DNA from: Thermodesulfobacteriota bacterium
Lineage (GTDB): Bacteria; Desulfobacterota_D; UBA1144; Nemesobacterales; JAJCZQ01
Length of the DNA stretch: 64,000 nt
Reading direction: 5' to 3'
Assembly (NCBI GenBank): GCA_965203965.1
Contig: CBDBDR010000017.1
Location: 1,024,001 to 1,088,000 of the forward strand
Both the position numbers and the translations under genes were made by a program. The notes beneath the pieces were generated by a model. The model was not told where the DNA came from. It saw nothing but the letters and a program-made list of their open reading frames with translations, and did not search any database. Below, piece after piece: positions 1 to 8,933 of the stretch (within the stretch, counting starts at the first letter, position 1; the number at the start of each line of letters is the position of its first letter).

Positions 1-1
1 A

Positions 2-301
2 CTATTACGGATTATCCTAACTTCTTCTTCCGTAGGAGATACCATTCTTGATCCATTTGCAGGTACAGGAACAGCTCCTTTGGTTGCTCAACAGTTAAAG
101 CGCAATTCCGTGGCTATAGAAGTAGATCCTGCAAATGTTGAACTTATAAAAAAGCGAATTAGCGCCGTTCAAGAATTTGATCTAATACAAAAATATTACA
201 AAGACTATATATATACTGAAAAATTACCTGAGATTTGGGGACATAGGCTTGAGGAATTTACAAAGTCCGAGCAACAAAACACACTGTCTTTGTTCAATTA
301 A
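2..301 (+). CDS. DNA methyltransferase (N4/N6 type), C-terminal part, truncated by window start
   Basis: Frame is open from base 2: LLRIILTSSSVGDTILDPFAGTGTAPLVAQQLKRNSVAIE. DPFAGTGT is SAM-binding motif I near the C-terminus (beta-class order). Confidence 0.85.
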   Translation, partial: LLRIILTSSSVGDTILDPFAGTGTAPLVAQQLKRNSVAIEVDPANVELIKKRISAVQEFDLIQKYYKDYIYTEKLPEIWGHRLEEFTKSEQQNTLSLFN

Positions 302-306
302 AACAA

Positions 307-1143
307 GTGTACTCTATTTATCATTTTTATAAAAGCCTTGTTGTTAATAGGAAAACATTTTTAAAAATAAAAGCACTAGATCAATTCCCATTCGATAAAA
401 CTTTACTTGCCAGTAGGGCTAAAGGTAAGTTCCCCGACCTATCTATTAGGTTAAATACAGATCCTAAAATCTTTACAGGTGGAGAACTCATAGAACTTAA
501 AGACAGCAAAAGTTACACTGTGTCTTCCTTCAATTCCACTATTCCAACTGGAAAAAAACAAATAAATACCATTATCAAAGGAAAGAGCAGCATAATAAAG
601 AAACAAATGGAAGATGCAGGAAACAAAATTAAATCTCTGCCCACTAGGGAAGTATTCTACCTTATTAGAGGAAAAAATATAAAACAGGGATCACAAAAAA
701 TTTTACTGATACATGGCAGTTTTTTTGAAACAATCACTAAAGAAGACTTGATAAGTCAATCTTTTTTGCAGGTGTTGGAAGAAAGATCAGAAGAAACAAA
801 TATAAACATCAAACCTGAATTGAAATCATTATTGACTTCCTTATTTTCACAACAAGAGAATTTTAGTAAAGTTCGTAACTTAGACAAAGCATCTGTAAAA
901 TTACGTTTTCGTATAATGACTGAAGTTAAAGCAGAAGGAAATATACTAAATTCAAAGAAATATCCAGCCATTTTAGACAACACTTTAAACTTTGTTTTGC
1001 CTTATCACAGTGAGCAAGATAAAAATGTGACACTAAAGAAAATGAATATCGTATTTAGCAAAGAAGAACTGAAAGAAATAAAAGAACTTAAAATTAAGCA
1101 CCATCTCAATGGAAACTTTCTTGTATTTCAGAAACAAATATAA
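307..1143 (+). CDS. putative type II restriction endonuclease (PD-(D/E)xK)
   Basis: Starts 5 nt after the MTase; FPD...ELIELKDS catalytic-like motif; very AT-rich. Confidence 0.6.
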   Translation: MYSIYHFYKSLVVNRKTFLKIKALDQFPFDKTLLASRAKGKFPDLSIRLNTDPKIFTGGELIELKDSKSYTVSSFNSTIPTGKKQINTIIKGKSSIIKKQMEDAGNKIKSLPTREVFYLIRGKNIKQGSQKILLIHGSFFETITKEDLISQSFLQVLEERSEETNINIKPELKSLLTSLFSQQENFSKVRNLDKASVKLRFRIMTEVKAEGNILNSKKYPAILDNTLNFVLPYHSEQDKNVTLKKMNIVFSKEELKEIKELKIKHHLNGNFLVFQKQI

Positions 1144-1183
1144 AAATGTCAAACAACAAAAAGCAAGAAACGCACCACTGAAA

Positions 1184-2437
1184 CTAAATATGTAACTCCT
1201 CAAAAACAGGACCCTCCGGTCTCTCCCTCGACAACTGTTCGGCGCTTTTGAACTCATCATCAAAATTTCCCTTTTCAATTAAACAGGCAAGCGCCTCCGC
1301 CGCTCCATAGGAAATCATAAGCCCCCTGCCCGTGTGTCCAAAACATTCGTAAACATTTTCAAGCCTTCGTACTTTTCCCAAATAGCCCGACCTGTCAGCC
1401 GTTTCCGCATACATTCCCGCCCAGCCCCTGATGAATTTCATATTTTCAAACGCTTTAATCCGTTTCGCAAGAGGCTCCCAAACCTGAGTTACAAAAGGAC
1501 CATCTTCACTCAAATCGTAAAAATCGTAACCGTAGTTGACGCCGAACGGCTCATCCGGGTTGGAAAAACCTATAAGAATTCCACTACCTTCACGGTGAAA
1601 ATATACATCGCTTGTGTCAATAACCATTCCAACTTTTGAAAGATTGAGTTCGGGGCATTTCACAATCTGCAACTGACGCCTGCGTGGCTTTGCCTCTTCT
1701 TCCGTAATTCCGTAAAGTGCGGAAATCTTTGGTGCCCATGCTCCCGCCGTGTTTATCAAAACACCACAAGAATAAATATTCTCGCAGGCGTTTGAACTTA
1801 AATCCCGTCCCACAAGCAGATTCTCAACAACTCCTGCCCCCTCCACTTTCCCCGCAAAAACCCTTTTCACTTCTCCATCCTCAACCTCAATTCGGCGGAC
1901 AAAATTTCTGTCCACAAATTCCACACCCCTGTATTTTGCCTCTTTTCTGTAAAACTCCCTAAGTGCATAGTGGTCAATAAATCCGGCGTCGCGCGACACG
2001 GAAAGACTCTCTATTCCTTCCGTATTAGTTACAAAATCCAGATACCGCGTGACTTTATCCACCCCGTAAATGTCAACCTTCAAACCGCACTCGTGGTAAA
2101 GCAGAAGATTTTCCCGCATTTCCACGTTGGTTTTTTCGTCGTGAAGCCAATAGTAACCGGACTGCTTGAACAAAACGATATCGGCGATTTTTTCGTAAAA
2201 CTGTATTGAGCGTGCACAAAGTTCTACATTCGCCCTTCCACGCCACGTAGCCCGAACCCCACCTGCATTCTTTAAAGAAGATGAAAACTCTCCATCAAGA
2301 TCGGGGTCAAGAACAATGATTTTTGCCTTGGGAAACCGGAGAGAAACAGAGTAAGCGCAAGCTGAACCCATTATTCCCGCGCCAATGATGAGAAAATCGC
2401 AATGTTTAACCATTATAGAATTATATCGGAAAAGCAT
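1184..2437 (-). CDS. FAD-dependent oxidoreductase (DAO/sarcosine oxidase beta-like)
   Basis: N-terminal IIGAGIMG dinucleotide-binding motif, NAGGVR, GHTGRGLM near the C-terminus. True start is probably MVKHCD. Confidence 0.85.
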   Translation of the reverse strand: MLFRYNSIMVKHCDFLIIGAGIMGSACAYSVSLRFPKAKIIVLDPDLDGEFSSSLKNAGGVRATWRGRANVELCARSIQFYEKIADIVLFKQSGYYWLHDEKTNVEMRENLLLYHECGLKVDIYGVDKVTRYLDFVTNTEGIESLSVSRDAGFIDHYALREFYRKEAKYRGVEFVDRNFVRRIEVEDGEVKRVFAGKVEGAGVVENLLVGRDLSSNACENIYSCGVLINTAGAWAPKISALYGITEEEAKPRRRQLQIVKCPELNLSKVGMVIDTSDVYFHREGSGILIGFSNPDEPFGVNYGYDFYDLSEDGPFVTQVWEPLAKRIKAFENMKFIRGWAGMYAETADRSGYLGKVRRLENVYECFGHTGRGLMISYGAAEALACLIEKGNFDDEFKSAEQLSRERPEGPVFEELHI

Positions 2438-2587
2438 TTAATCCAAAGGCAACGGTTTTGTTGTTCCACACTTTAACAAGAAACCCATCCAGAACGAAAA
2501 CATCGCTTACGGTTTATAACTAAAATACAGGAACACAATCATCTCATTTATTAAAAGAGAGGACAATAATACATAACCCAAAAAAAT

Positions 2588-3796
2588 TTAATTCTTTTCC
2601 AAAAGCATTCCCATCAATTTCCACCCTTCCTTAATATGAACACCTGTTGCTACTGCAGAGTCCTCTGTGTAGGCAAATGATCTGTTCTTTACGACCATGT
2701 CTGATGAGTCCATTATGGCAAAAGGGACGGGCTCATTCACGTGAGTTCTTACATCAATTGGGGTGGGATGATCGGACATAACAAGTATCCTATAATTTTT
2801 ATACTTTGTGATACCCTTTAGCACTCTTCCAACAACTCGTTTGTCAAAATCCTCTATCGCCTGAATTTTTAACTCTGATTTTCCAACGTGTCCCGTTTCA
2901 TCGGTTGATTCAATATGGATCATTGCCAGATCAACTTGATCTAAAGAGTTCAGAGCATAATCAACTTTACCCTCATAATTAGTATCCAAATAACCCGTGG
3001 CACCTGGAACGTCAACTACTTTCATGCCCGCATAATGCCCTATACCCTTGACCAAATCCACAGCTGAAATTACAGAACCCTTTACACTGTATAGCTCTTC
3101 AAGTGTAGGCATATTCGGTGCAGTTCCCTGACCCCAAAGCCAGATACTGTTGGCAGGATTTTTTCCCTCTTTTACCCTATTCATATTTACTGGATGATCC
3201 TTGAGGATTTGCCTTGATCTTTTGATCAACTCATTTAACTTGTCTGCACCTTCACCAACAGGAAAGTGGTTATCTACCTCTTTTCCTGATATATCATGTG
3301 GCGGGGTTGTTTTTATATCTTTATTTCCATCCTCCCAGACCAGCAAGTGTCTGTAGCTAACACCCGGGTGAAAAACCATACTAACTTCTTCAAGCTCATT
3401 TTTAACATCACTTAATATCTCATGTGCCTCATCTGTTGTAATATGACCTGCGCTGTAGTCTTCCATTATTGTCTTGCCATTTTGTTCCTTCAAGGTTACA
3501 AGGTTACATCTCAAGGTAACGTCATTCGGTTTCAGATCAACGCCAATGCTGGCAGCCTCAAGAGGAGATCTTCCCGTGTAGTAAACTACTGGGTCATATC
3601 CAAGAACGGCAAGATTGCCAACGTCACTGCCAGGTGGGAGATTGTCCGGAATTGTCTTAGCCATGCCAAAAGTTTCGGAAACTTGAGCAATAAAATCCAA
3701 ATTGGACGTATTTGCAACTTCAAGCGGAGTTTTATTTCCCAACTCAGGCAGCTTATGATCAGGCATGCCATCGCCTTGGAGGATTATGTATTTCAT
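2588..3796 (-). CDS. apgM: cofactor-independent phosphoglycerate mutase (archaeal/ApgM type)
   Basis: GDGMPD, KTPLEVA, PGSDVGNL, DETGH, SDHPTP motifs. Confidence 0.9.
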   Translation of the reverse strand: MKYIILQGDGMPDHKLPELGNKTPLEVANTSNLDFIAQVSETFGMAKTIPDNLPPGSDVGNLAVLGYDPVVYYTGRSPLEAASIGVDLKPNDVTLRCNLVTLKEQNGKTIMEDYSAGHITTDEAHEILSDVKNELEEVSMVFHPGVSYRHLLVWEDGNKDIKTTPPHDISGKEVDNHFPVGEGADKLNELIKRSRQILKDHPVNMNRVKEGKNPANSIWLWGQGTAPNMPTLEELYSVKGSVISAVDLVKGIGHYAGMKVVDVPGATGYLDTNYEGKVDYALNSLDQVDLAMIHIESTDETGHVGKSELKIQAIEDFDKRVVGRVLKGITKYKNYRILVMSDHPTPIDVRTHVNEPVPFAIMDSSDMVVKNRSFAYTEDSAVATGVHIKEGWKLMGMLLEKN

Positions 3797-3941
3797 GTCG
3801 GTAAGAGATTAAATATTCTTAGTGAATAAGCAAGGGTAGACATAAAGTATTAGTTGTTCTTCAACACTAAATTGATGTAATTTGAATTTTTGAATAGAAT
3901 TTTAACTCTAAAATATATTTTATCGGTAATTTGACGACCTC

Positions 3942-5336
3942 ATGCTAACAAAAGAACAAATTAGTTACTACAAAAAACAGAACAACGGGAAATTACCGAG
4001 TTTTATTAAAGGTGGTTCTGACAACAAAAGTATTCTTTTTATCCTAAAAAACCTTGGATACCTTCCTCAAAATTTTGATGATAGTTGGGTAATCCCCTTA
4101 TTACAAAACAGTAATCAAAAAATACGTTTTTGGTCAGTAAAAACATTGGGAAAGACGAAAAAAACAGAAAATATAGAAATACTAAAAAGAATAGCATTAC
4201 AAGATGAATCAACTGAGATTAGAAGAGAAGCAGTTTCATCAATAGGAAGATTAAAAACAGAGGGAATTATCCCTGTTCTAATTGAATTTCTAAATGACGA
4301 TGATCCTAAAATCATTTTACAAGCAATCAGAGGACTTTTGCCCTTTAAAAAATATGAGGAGGTAAGCAATGAATTTAAATCTTTACGAGGTCATCCAAAT
4401 GAGATAATTCAAAAGGTAATTGAAAAGGAATGTTTTGGATACTCTGTATCTAATAAAAAAAATACCTTTAACCAAACACATAAGGACTCTCATAATTTTT
4501 TGAGAAATGCAATAGTTCTCGGTGACGTTAGAGAAATACTAAATTATGTTCCAGATGAGAGTTTTCATCTTACTTTTACTTCACCACCTTACTATAATGC
4601 GAGAGACTATTCAATTTATAAAAGCTATCAGGAGTATTTAGATTTTCTTGAAGAGGTTTTTGATCTTACCTATCAGAAGACAAAAGAAGGTCGTTTTCTG
4701 GTAGTCAACACTTCACCTGTTATTATTCCGAGGGTTAGTCGTCAACATTCTAGCAAAAGGTATCCTATTCCTTTCGATATTCATGCCTTTCTAGTCAAAA
4801 TAGGATGGGAATTTATTGATGATATAGTGTGGAAAAAGCCAGAAACAAGTGTAAAGAATAGAAATGCAGGATTTTTACAACATCGTAAACCACTGGGATA
4901 TAAACCAAATCCAGTTACTGAATATCTTATGGTCTACAGAAAAAAGAGTGATAGATTGATAGATTGGAATATACATCAATATGATAGGAAAACCGTTAGT
5001 GAAAGTAAAGTTGAGGATGGTTATGAAACCTCAAACGTCTGGAATATAGACCCAAAATATGACAAAGTTCACTCGGCTGTGTTTCCCATTGAGTTGTGCA
5101 ACAAAATTATAAAGTATTACTCATTCAAAGGAGATCTAGTTTTTGACCCTTTTGCTGGTAGTGGAACATTCGGTAAATCAGCAAAAAATCTTGGTAGATA
5201 TTTCTTCCTCACAGAAAAAGAACTCAAGTATTTTAATTATATGAAAACGTTTCTCGCCCAAAAAAATATGTTTGAAGAAGAAAAAAAAAGCCGTTTTGTA
5301 ACGCTTAACGAATATAAAAATATTGCAAACAAATGA
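3942..5336 (+). CDS. HEAT-repeat domain fused to N4-cytosine DNA methyltransferase
   Basis: N-terminal HEAT-like units (IRFWSVKTLG, IRREAVSSIG, IILQAIRGL); TSPPYY motif IV precedes FDPFAGSGT motif I. Confidence 0.85.
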   Translation: MLTKEQISYYKKQNNGKLPSFIKGGSDNKSILFILKNLGYLPQNFDDSWVIPLLQNSNQKIRFWSVKTLGKTKKTENIEILKRIALQDESTEIRREAVSSIGRLKTEGIIPVLIEFLNDDDPKIILQAIRGLLPFKKYEEVSNEFKSLRGHPNEIIQKVIEKECFGYSVSNKKNTFNQTHKDSHNFLRNAIVLGDVREILNYVPDESFHLTFTSPPYYNARDYSIYKSYQEYLDFLEEVFDLTYQKTKEGRFLVVNTSPVIIPRVSRQHSSKRYPIPFDIHAFLVKIGWEFIDDIVWKKPETSVKNRNAGFLQHRKPLGYKPNPVTEYLMVYRKKSDRLIDWNIHQYDRKTVSESKVEDGYETSNVWNIDPKYDKVHSAVFPIELCNKIIKYYSFKGDLVFDPFAGSGTFGKSAKNLGRYFFLTEKELKYFNYMKTFLAQKNMFEEEKKSRFVTLNEYKNIANK

Positions 5337-6247
5337 CACTTACAGAACAGGTAGTAAAAACCATTATCAGAAAACTTCTCAAGGGTGAGGATTACAGAAT
5401 AGAAATCGTCACCCTCATAAACACCGAATTTCTGCAATTTGCAATAGAGTTCTTCAAGAAAATCATCAATGCAAAATTAAATAATCAAGGTGTAACCGTT
5501 GATTGGTATAAAAAAGAGTTTCTTTACCCAGAACTTCCAAAAGAAGACATAGCAATAAATTCCGGACTAAATATGAAAACCATCAGTAACATGTTTAATT
5601 CGGGAAGAAAAGAGGTAGTAATAGATGCATCAAACGATCATTATGATGCTTTGTATGAATCAATCAAAAGTCTTGTAAACAATTCAGAAGAAGACCTTGA
5701 ATTAACACTGACTCTGAAGTTTCAAGGTGTGAGTGTAGATTTGAATGTAAGCGAGACTTTGATAGTTATTAACACACTTGCCGTTAAGAGAGCTGCATTA
5801 AGAGGTGGCTTATGGAGCACTGCAGGAAAAAGAGTTGAAAAACCTCTTATGGAAACATTATGCAAACTGTATGGAGTTTCCAATGATAATTGGAAATCTG
5901 AATTGAAGGAATTAGGGGAAAAGGGAGATTTCACTCGCGAGATTGATTTTTACCTAACGGAAGATGGATCAAATTACAAATGTGAAGTAAAACTGATGGG
6001 AAAAGGTAATCCTGAAAGTGCAGATGCAGTTATTGCAAGAGGTAGCAAAGTTTTTATTGCTGATAAACTGTCTAATACTAACAAGAGACAGCTTAACAGT
6101 TTGGGTGTGGAATGGGTTGAGTTGAGAACTACTGGAGGTTTTCAAAGATTTGAAACAGTCCTGGAAAATCTTGAAATACCTTTTACAGGCATTAACTTGA
6201 AAACCATCGAACCTGATATTGAAAAAATATTTGATCAGATTTTTTAG
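5333..6247 (+). CDS. type II restriction endonuclease, probably CfrBI family
   Basis: ATGA overlap with the MTase; GGLWSTAGKRVEKPLM, REIDF, CEVKLMGKGNPESAD motifs resemble the CfrBI family (recalled, not searched). Confidence 0.75.
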   Translation: MTLTEQVVKTIIRKLLKGEDYRIEIVTLINTEFLQFAIEFFKKIINAKLNNQGVTVDWYKKEFLYPELPKEDIAINSGLNMKTISNMFNSGRKEVVIDASNDHYDALYESIKSLVNNSEEDLELTLTLKFQGVSVDLNVSETLIVINTLAVKRAALRGGLWSTAGKRVEKPLMETLCKLYGVSNDNWKSELKELGEKGDFTREIDFYLTEDGSNYKCEVKLMGKGNPESADAVIARGSKVFIADKLSNTNKRQLNSLGVEWVELRTTGGFQRFETVLENLEIPFTGINLKTIEPDIEKIFDQIF

Positions 6248-6313
6248 AAAAAATGATTAGTAGTTACTCCACGTTATGTTGTTTAGTATAAAATTACTGA
6301 TTACACAAACATA

Positions 6314-6691
6314 TCACAGCAGATCAATTGCATACTTTTTTAGATCTTCCAAAGAAAGAACTTTAAGTGCTGATTCATGAGTTGACTGAAGATACACGCA
6401 AGGAGCTTTACCCACCTCCAAAGCCTCCTGCCAACGCATTGAACACAAGCACCACCTGTCACCTGCTTTCAATCCGGGAAAATTAAACTCAGGTTTTGGC
6501 GTAGACAGATCATTGCCTCTGTTTTTTGAAAATTCTAAAAACTCACCTGTAATCTCCACGCATACAACATGGCGCCCAAGATCCTGATCACTCGTTCTGC
6601 AACAACCATCTCTGAAAAAACCTGTCATTGGTTTGGTGCTGCATGTAGTCAACTCACCACCCAGTACGTTTTTTTCTTTATAACTCTTCAT
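6314..6691 (-). CDS. DUF2237 family protein
   Basis: NVLG..L..CS..PMTGFFRDGCC and GDRWCLC motifs. Confidence 0.9.
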   Translation of the reverse strand: MKSYKEKNVLGGELTTCSTKPMTGFFRDGCCRTSDQDLGRHVVCVEITGEFLEFSKNRGNDLSTPKPEFNFPGLKAGDRWCLCSMRWQEALEVGKAPCVYLQSTHESALKVLSLEDLKKYAIDLL

Positions 6692-7625
6692 GATCTACTC
6701 TACACAAATTGCCAGACAACTTCGTCAATTGCTTCTCAGCATGGTAGGAACTTCGGACGAGCGGTCCCGACTCTATATGGGGAATACCGACTATTTTTTC
6801 ACCGTATTGCTTAAGCGATTCAAATTCCGTTGGATGATAATACTTTGACACGGGTATATGATCAATCGTGGGTTGCAAATACTGTCCGATAGTAACAATA
6901 TCACAATTTATTGCTTTCAAATCTCTAAGAGTTTCAATAACCTCATAATAAGCCTCTCCAAGCCCCAACATAACCCCTGTTTTAGTAAGCAACCCACTGT
7001 TTTTAGATCTCTCAAGTAATTCAAGAGACCTTTCATAAACCGCCTGTGGTCGGACGTACCTTATGTTGCCCGAATGCGATCTTTGAGGGTGATTGTATAA
7101 TCTGGGAACCGTTTCCATATTGTGATTCAATATATCAGGTTTTGCCTTGATGACTTCATCAATCGATAGATTATCACCCTTAAAATCTGGTATCAGAACC
7201 TCTATTTTAATTTCAGGATTTTTCTCTTTTATTTCCCTGATAGTCTTAGCAAAAATGCAGGCACTTTCATAATTTTTGTCATCGCGGTTCACAGAGGTTA
7301 CAACTATGTGCTTAATAGATGCGTTGTTCCGAGTAAGTGTTCTCACGGCATCAGACACTCTGCAAGGCTCGTTCCAATCAAGCTCACCACCCTTTCCGGT
7401 CTTCACGTGACAGAAACCACAACTTCTGGTGCACGTATCACCTAATATCATAAAAGTCAGTGTACCAGCTCCCCAACATTCACCTATATTAGGACATTTT
7501 GCCTCTTCACAGACGGTGTTCAACTCCAGCTTTCTCATGAGGCTCTTAAGGTGGTTGTAGTTCTTTCCACCGGGCAATTTGGCTTTGATCCAGCTGGGCT
7601 TAGAACGTGTTTGCATATAACCCAT
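6678..7625 (-). CDS. lipA: lipoyl synthase
   Basis: CEEAKCPNIGEC, CTRSCGFC radical-SAM motif, VRSSY. Confidence 0.97.
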   Translation of the reverse strand: MGYMQTRSKPSWIKAKLPGGKNYNHLKSLMRKLELNTVCEEAKCPNIGECWGAGTLTFMILGDTCTRSCGFCHVKTGKGGELDWNEPCRVSDAVRTLTRNNASIKHIVVTSVNRDDKNYESACIFAKTIREIKEKNPEIKIEVLIPDFKGDNLSIDEVIKAKPDILNHNMETVPRLYNHPQRSHSGNIRYVRPQAVYERSLELLERSKNSGLLTKTGVMLGLGEAYYEVIETLRDLKAINCDIVTIGQYLQPTIDHIPVSKYYHPTEFESLKQYGEKIVGIPHIESGPLVRSSYHAEKQLTKLSGNLCRVDHEEL

Positions 7626-7628
7626 TAA

Positions 7629-8003
7629 TTAAGTGCGTGGGACTACAAATGGAGAAGATGAAGAACTTTGGGATGTCACAACGTTTGAATTTGTTTCGGA
7701 TGTCTTTGACTTTCTTATATCCGAGAGTTCGTTCTCAAGCTCTTTGATCCTACGGTTCTTATTTTTAATTTCAGAACGTTTACCGCAAGAGCTAAAAATA
7801 CCAAGGAACAATGAAAGAACAACTCCGAATGCAAATGCAAATGCTAATAGTGCATAGTTCTTAACATGATAAACAGGTGTCTGGTAAAGAGTAAGATCAA
7901 GACCAAATTTGTAGTTATGACTGAAAACATCCACATTCTGAAAAACGGCCAGAAAAAAGATGAGAATAATCATGGCTACTATGACGAGTTTTATATATTT
8001 CAT
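7629..8003 (-). CDS. LapA-like lipopolysaccharide assembly membrane protein
   Basis: Two TM helices, AVFQN motif, coiled-coil tail; lies downstream of rpsA-sppA. Start moved to MKYIK, which follows a GAGGTGGA SD. Confidence 0.65.
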   Translation of the reverse strand: MKYIKLVIVAMIILIFFLAVFQNVDVFSHNYKFGLDLTLYQTPVYHVKNYALLAFAFAFGVVLSLFLGIFSSCGKRSEIKNKNRRIKELENELSDIRKSKTSETNSNVVTSQSSSSSPFVVPRT

Positions 8004-8056
8004 TAATCCACCTCTTAATTTGTAAAAAATTGCCGACAACAATCAATATATTTAAG

Positions 8057-8923
8057 TCAATGAATAATATCAACAATATAAAATAATCCGAAACTGCTGG
8101 ATGAGGGAACCTTTCTAAAGCTATCGATCTGGAAAGACAGATTTAACTTTGAAAACAGCAATTCAGAAAGTGGAGATTTCTTTTCAGGATAGTTCAAAAT
8201 TATAGGTTCGCCCGTAATTCCTGACTGATCGACAGCATAATTGATTGCACTGTTTAGATTGCCAAGTCTATCAACAAGTTTAAGATTAAGTGCCTGTTCA
8301 CCTGAAAATATCTTTCCATCGGCAACTTTCTCAACACTGCTTTTATCTATTTTTCTATTTACTTCAACTGTGCTTTTAAACTGGTTGTGAACATTATCAA
8401 TCAAAGTCTGTATGTAATCTATTTCTTCTTTACTCATAGTTTTAAGGGGAGAACCCAAATCTTTGAAATCTCCACTTTTTACGACCTCAACATCTATTTT
8501 TGCCCATTCAAGCAACTGTTTGTAACTCAAAAACTGTGCAACTACACCTATACTACCTGTTATAGTTCCTGGGTTTGCAAAGATTGAGTCTGCAGCACAG
8601 GCAATATAGTAACCGCCGGAAGCCGCCACGGCACCCATACTTGCCACAACCGGCAACTCGCTTTTTATATCTTCAAGTTCACTGTAAATTTCTTGTGAAG
8701 GTCCAACTGCACCACCTGGGGAGTTTATTCTTACAACAAGTGCTCTTATTGACTTATCTTTTCTAATTGCATCCAGACTTTCCAGATACTCATCAGAGGT
8801 TAGGATAACACCCTCTATGTTTAGTACAGCAACTTTAGGCCCATCACTAAAAATTTTTACAACAACCGAGTATGCAATAAAAACAACAATTAAAGTTAAT
8901 ATTGTCAGAAGAACAAATCTCAA
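8057..8923 (-). CDS. sppA: signal peptide peptidase SppA (S49)
   Basis: RINSPGG, AASGGYYIA, TGSIGV motifs. Confidence 0.95.
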   Translation of the reverse strand: MRFVLLTILTLIVVFIAYSVVVKIFSDGPKVAVLNIEGVILTSDEYLESLDAIRKDKSIRALVVRINSPGGAVGPSQEIYSELEDIKSELPVVASMGAVAASGGYYIACAADSIFANPGTITGSIGVVAQFLSYKQLLEWAKIDVEVVKSGDFKDLGSPLKTMSKEEIDYIQTLIDNVHNQFKSTVEVNRKIDKSSVEKVADGKIFSGEQALNLKLVDRLGNLNSAINYAVDQSGITGEPIILNYPEKKSPLSELLFSKLNLSFQIDSFRKVPSSSSFGLFYIVDIIH

Positions 8924-8933
8924 AGTTTTCCCC

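Noticed and set aside
5281..5289. A9 tract near the MTase 3' end as a phase-variation switch
   Set aside because: A/T runs of 7-9 are common in this AT-rich window and the frame is intact.
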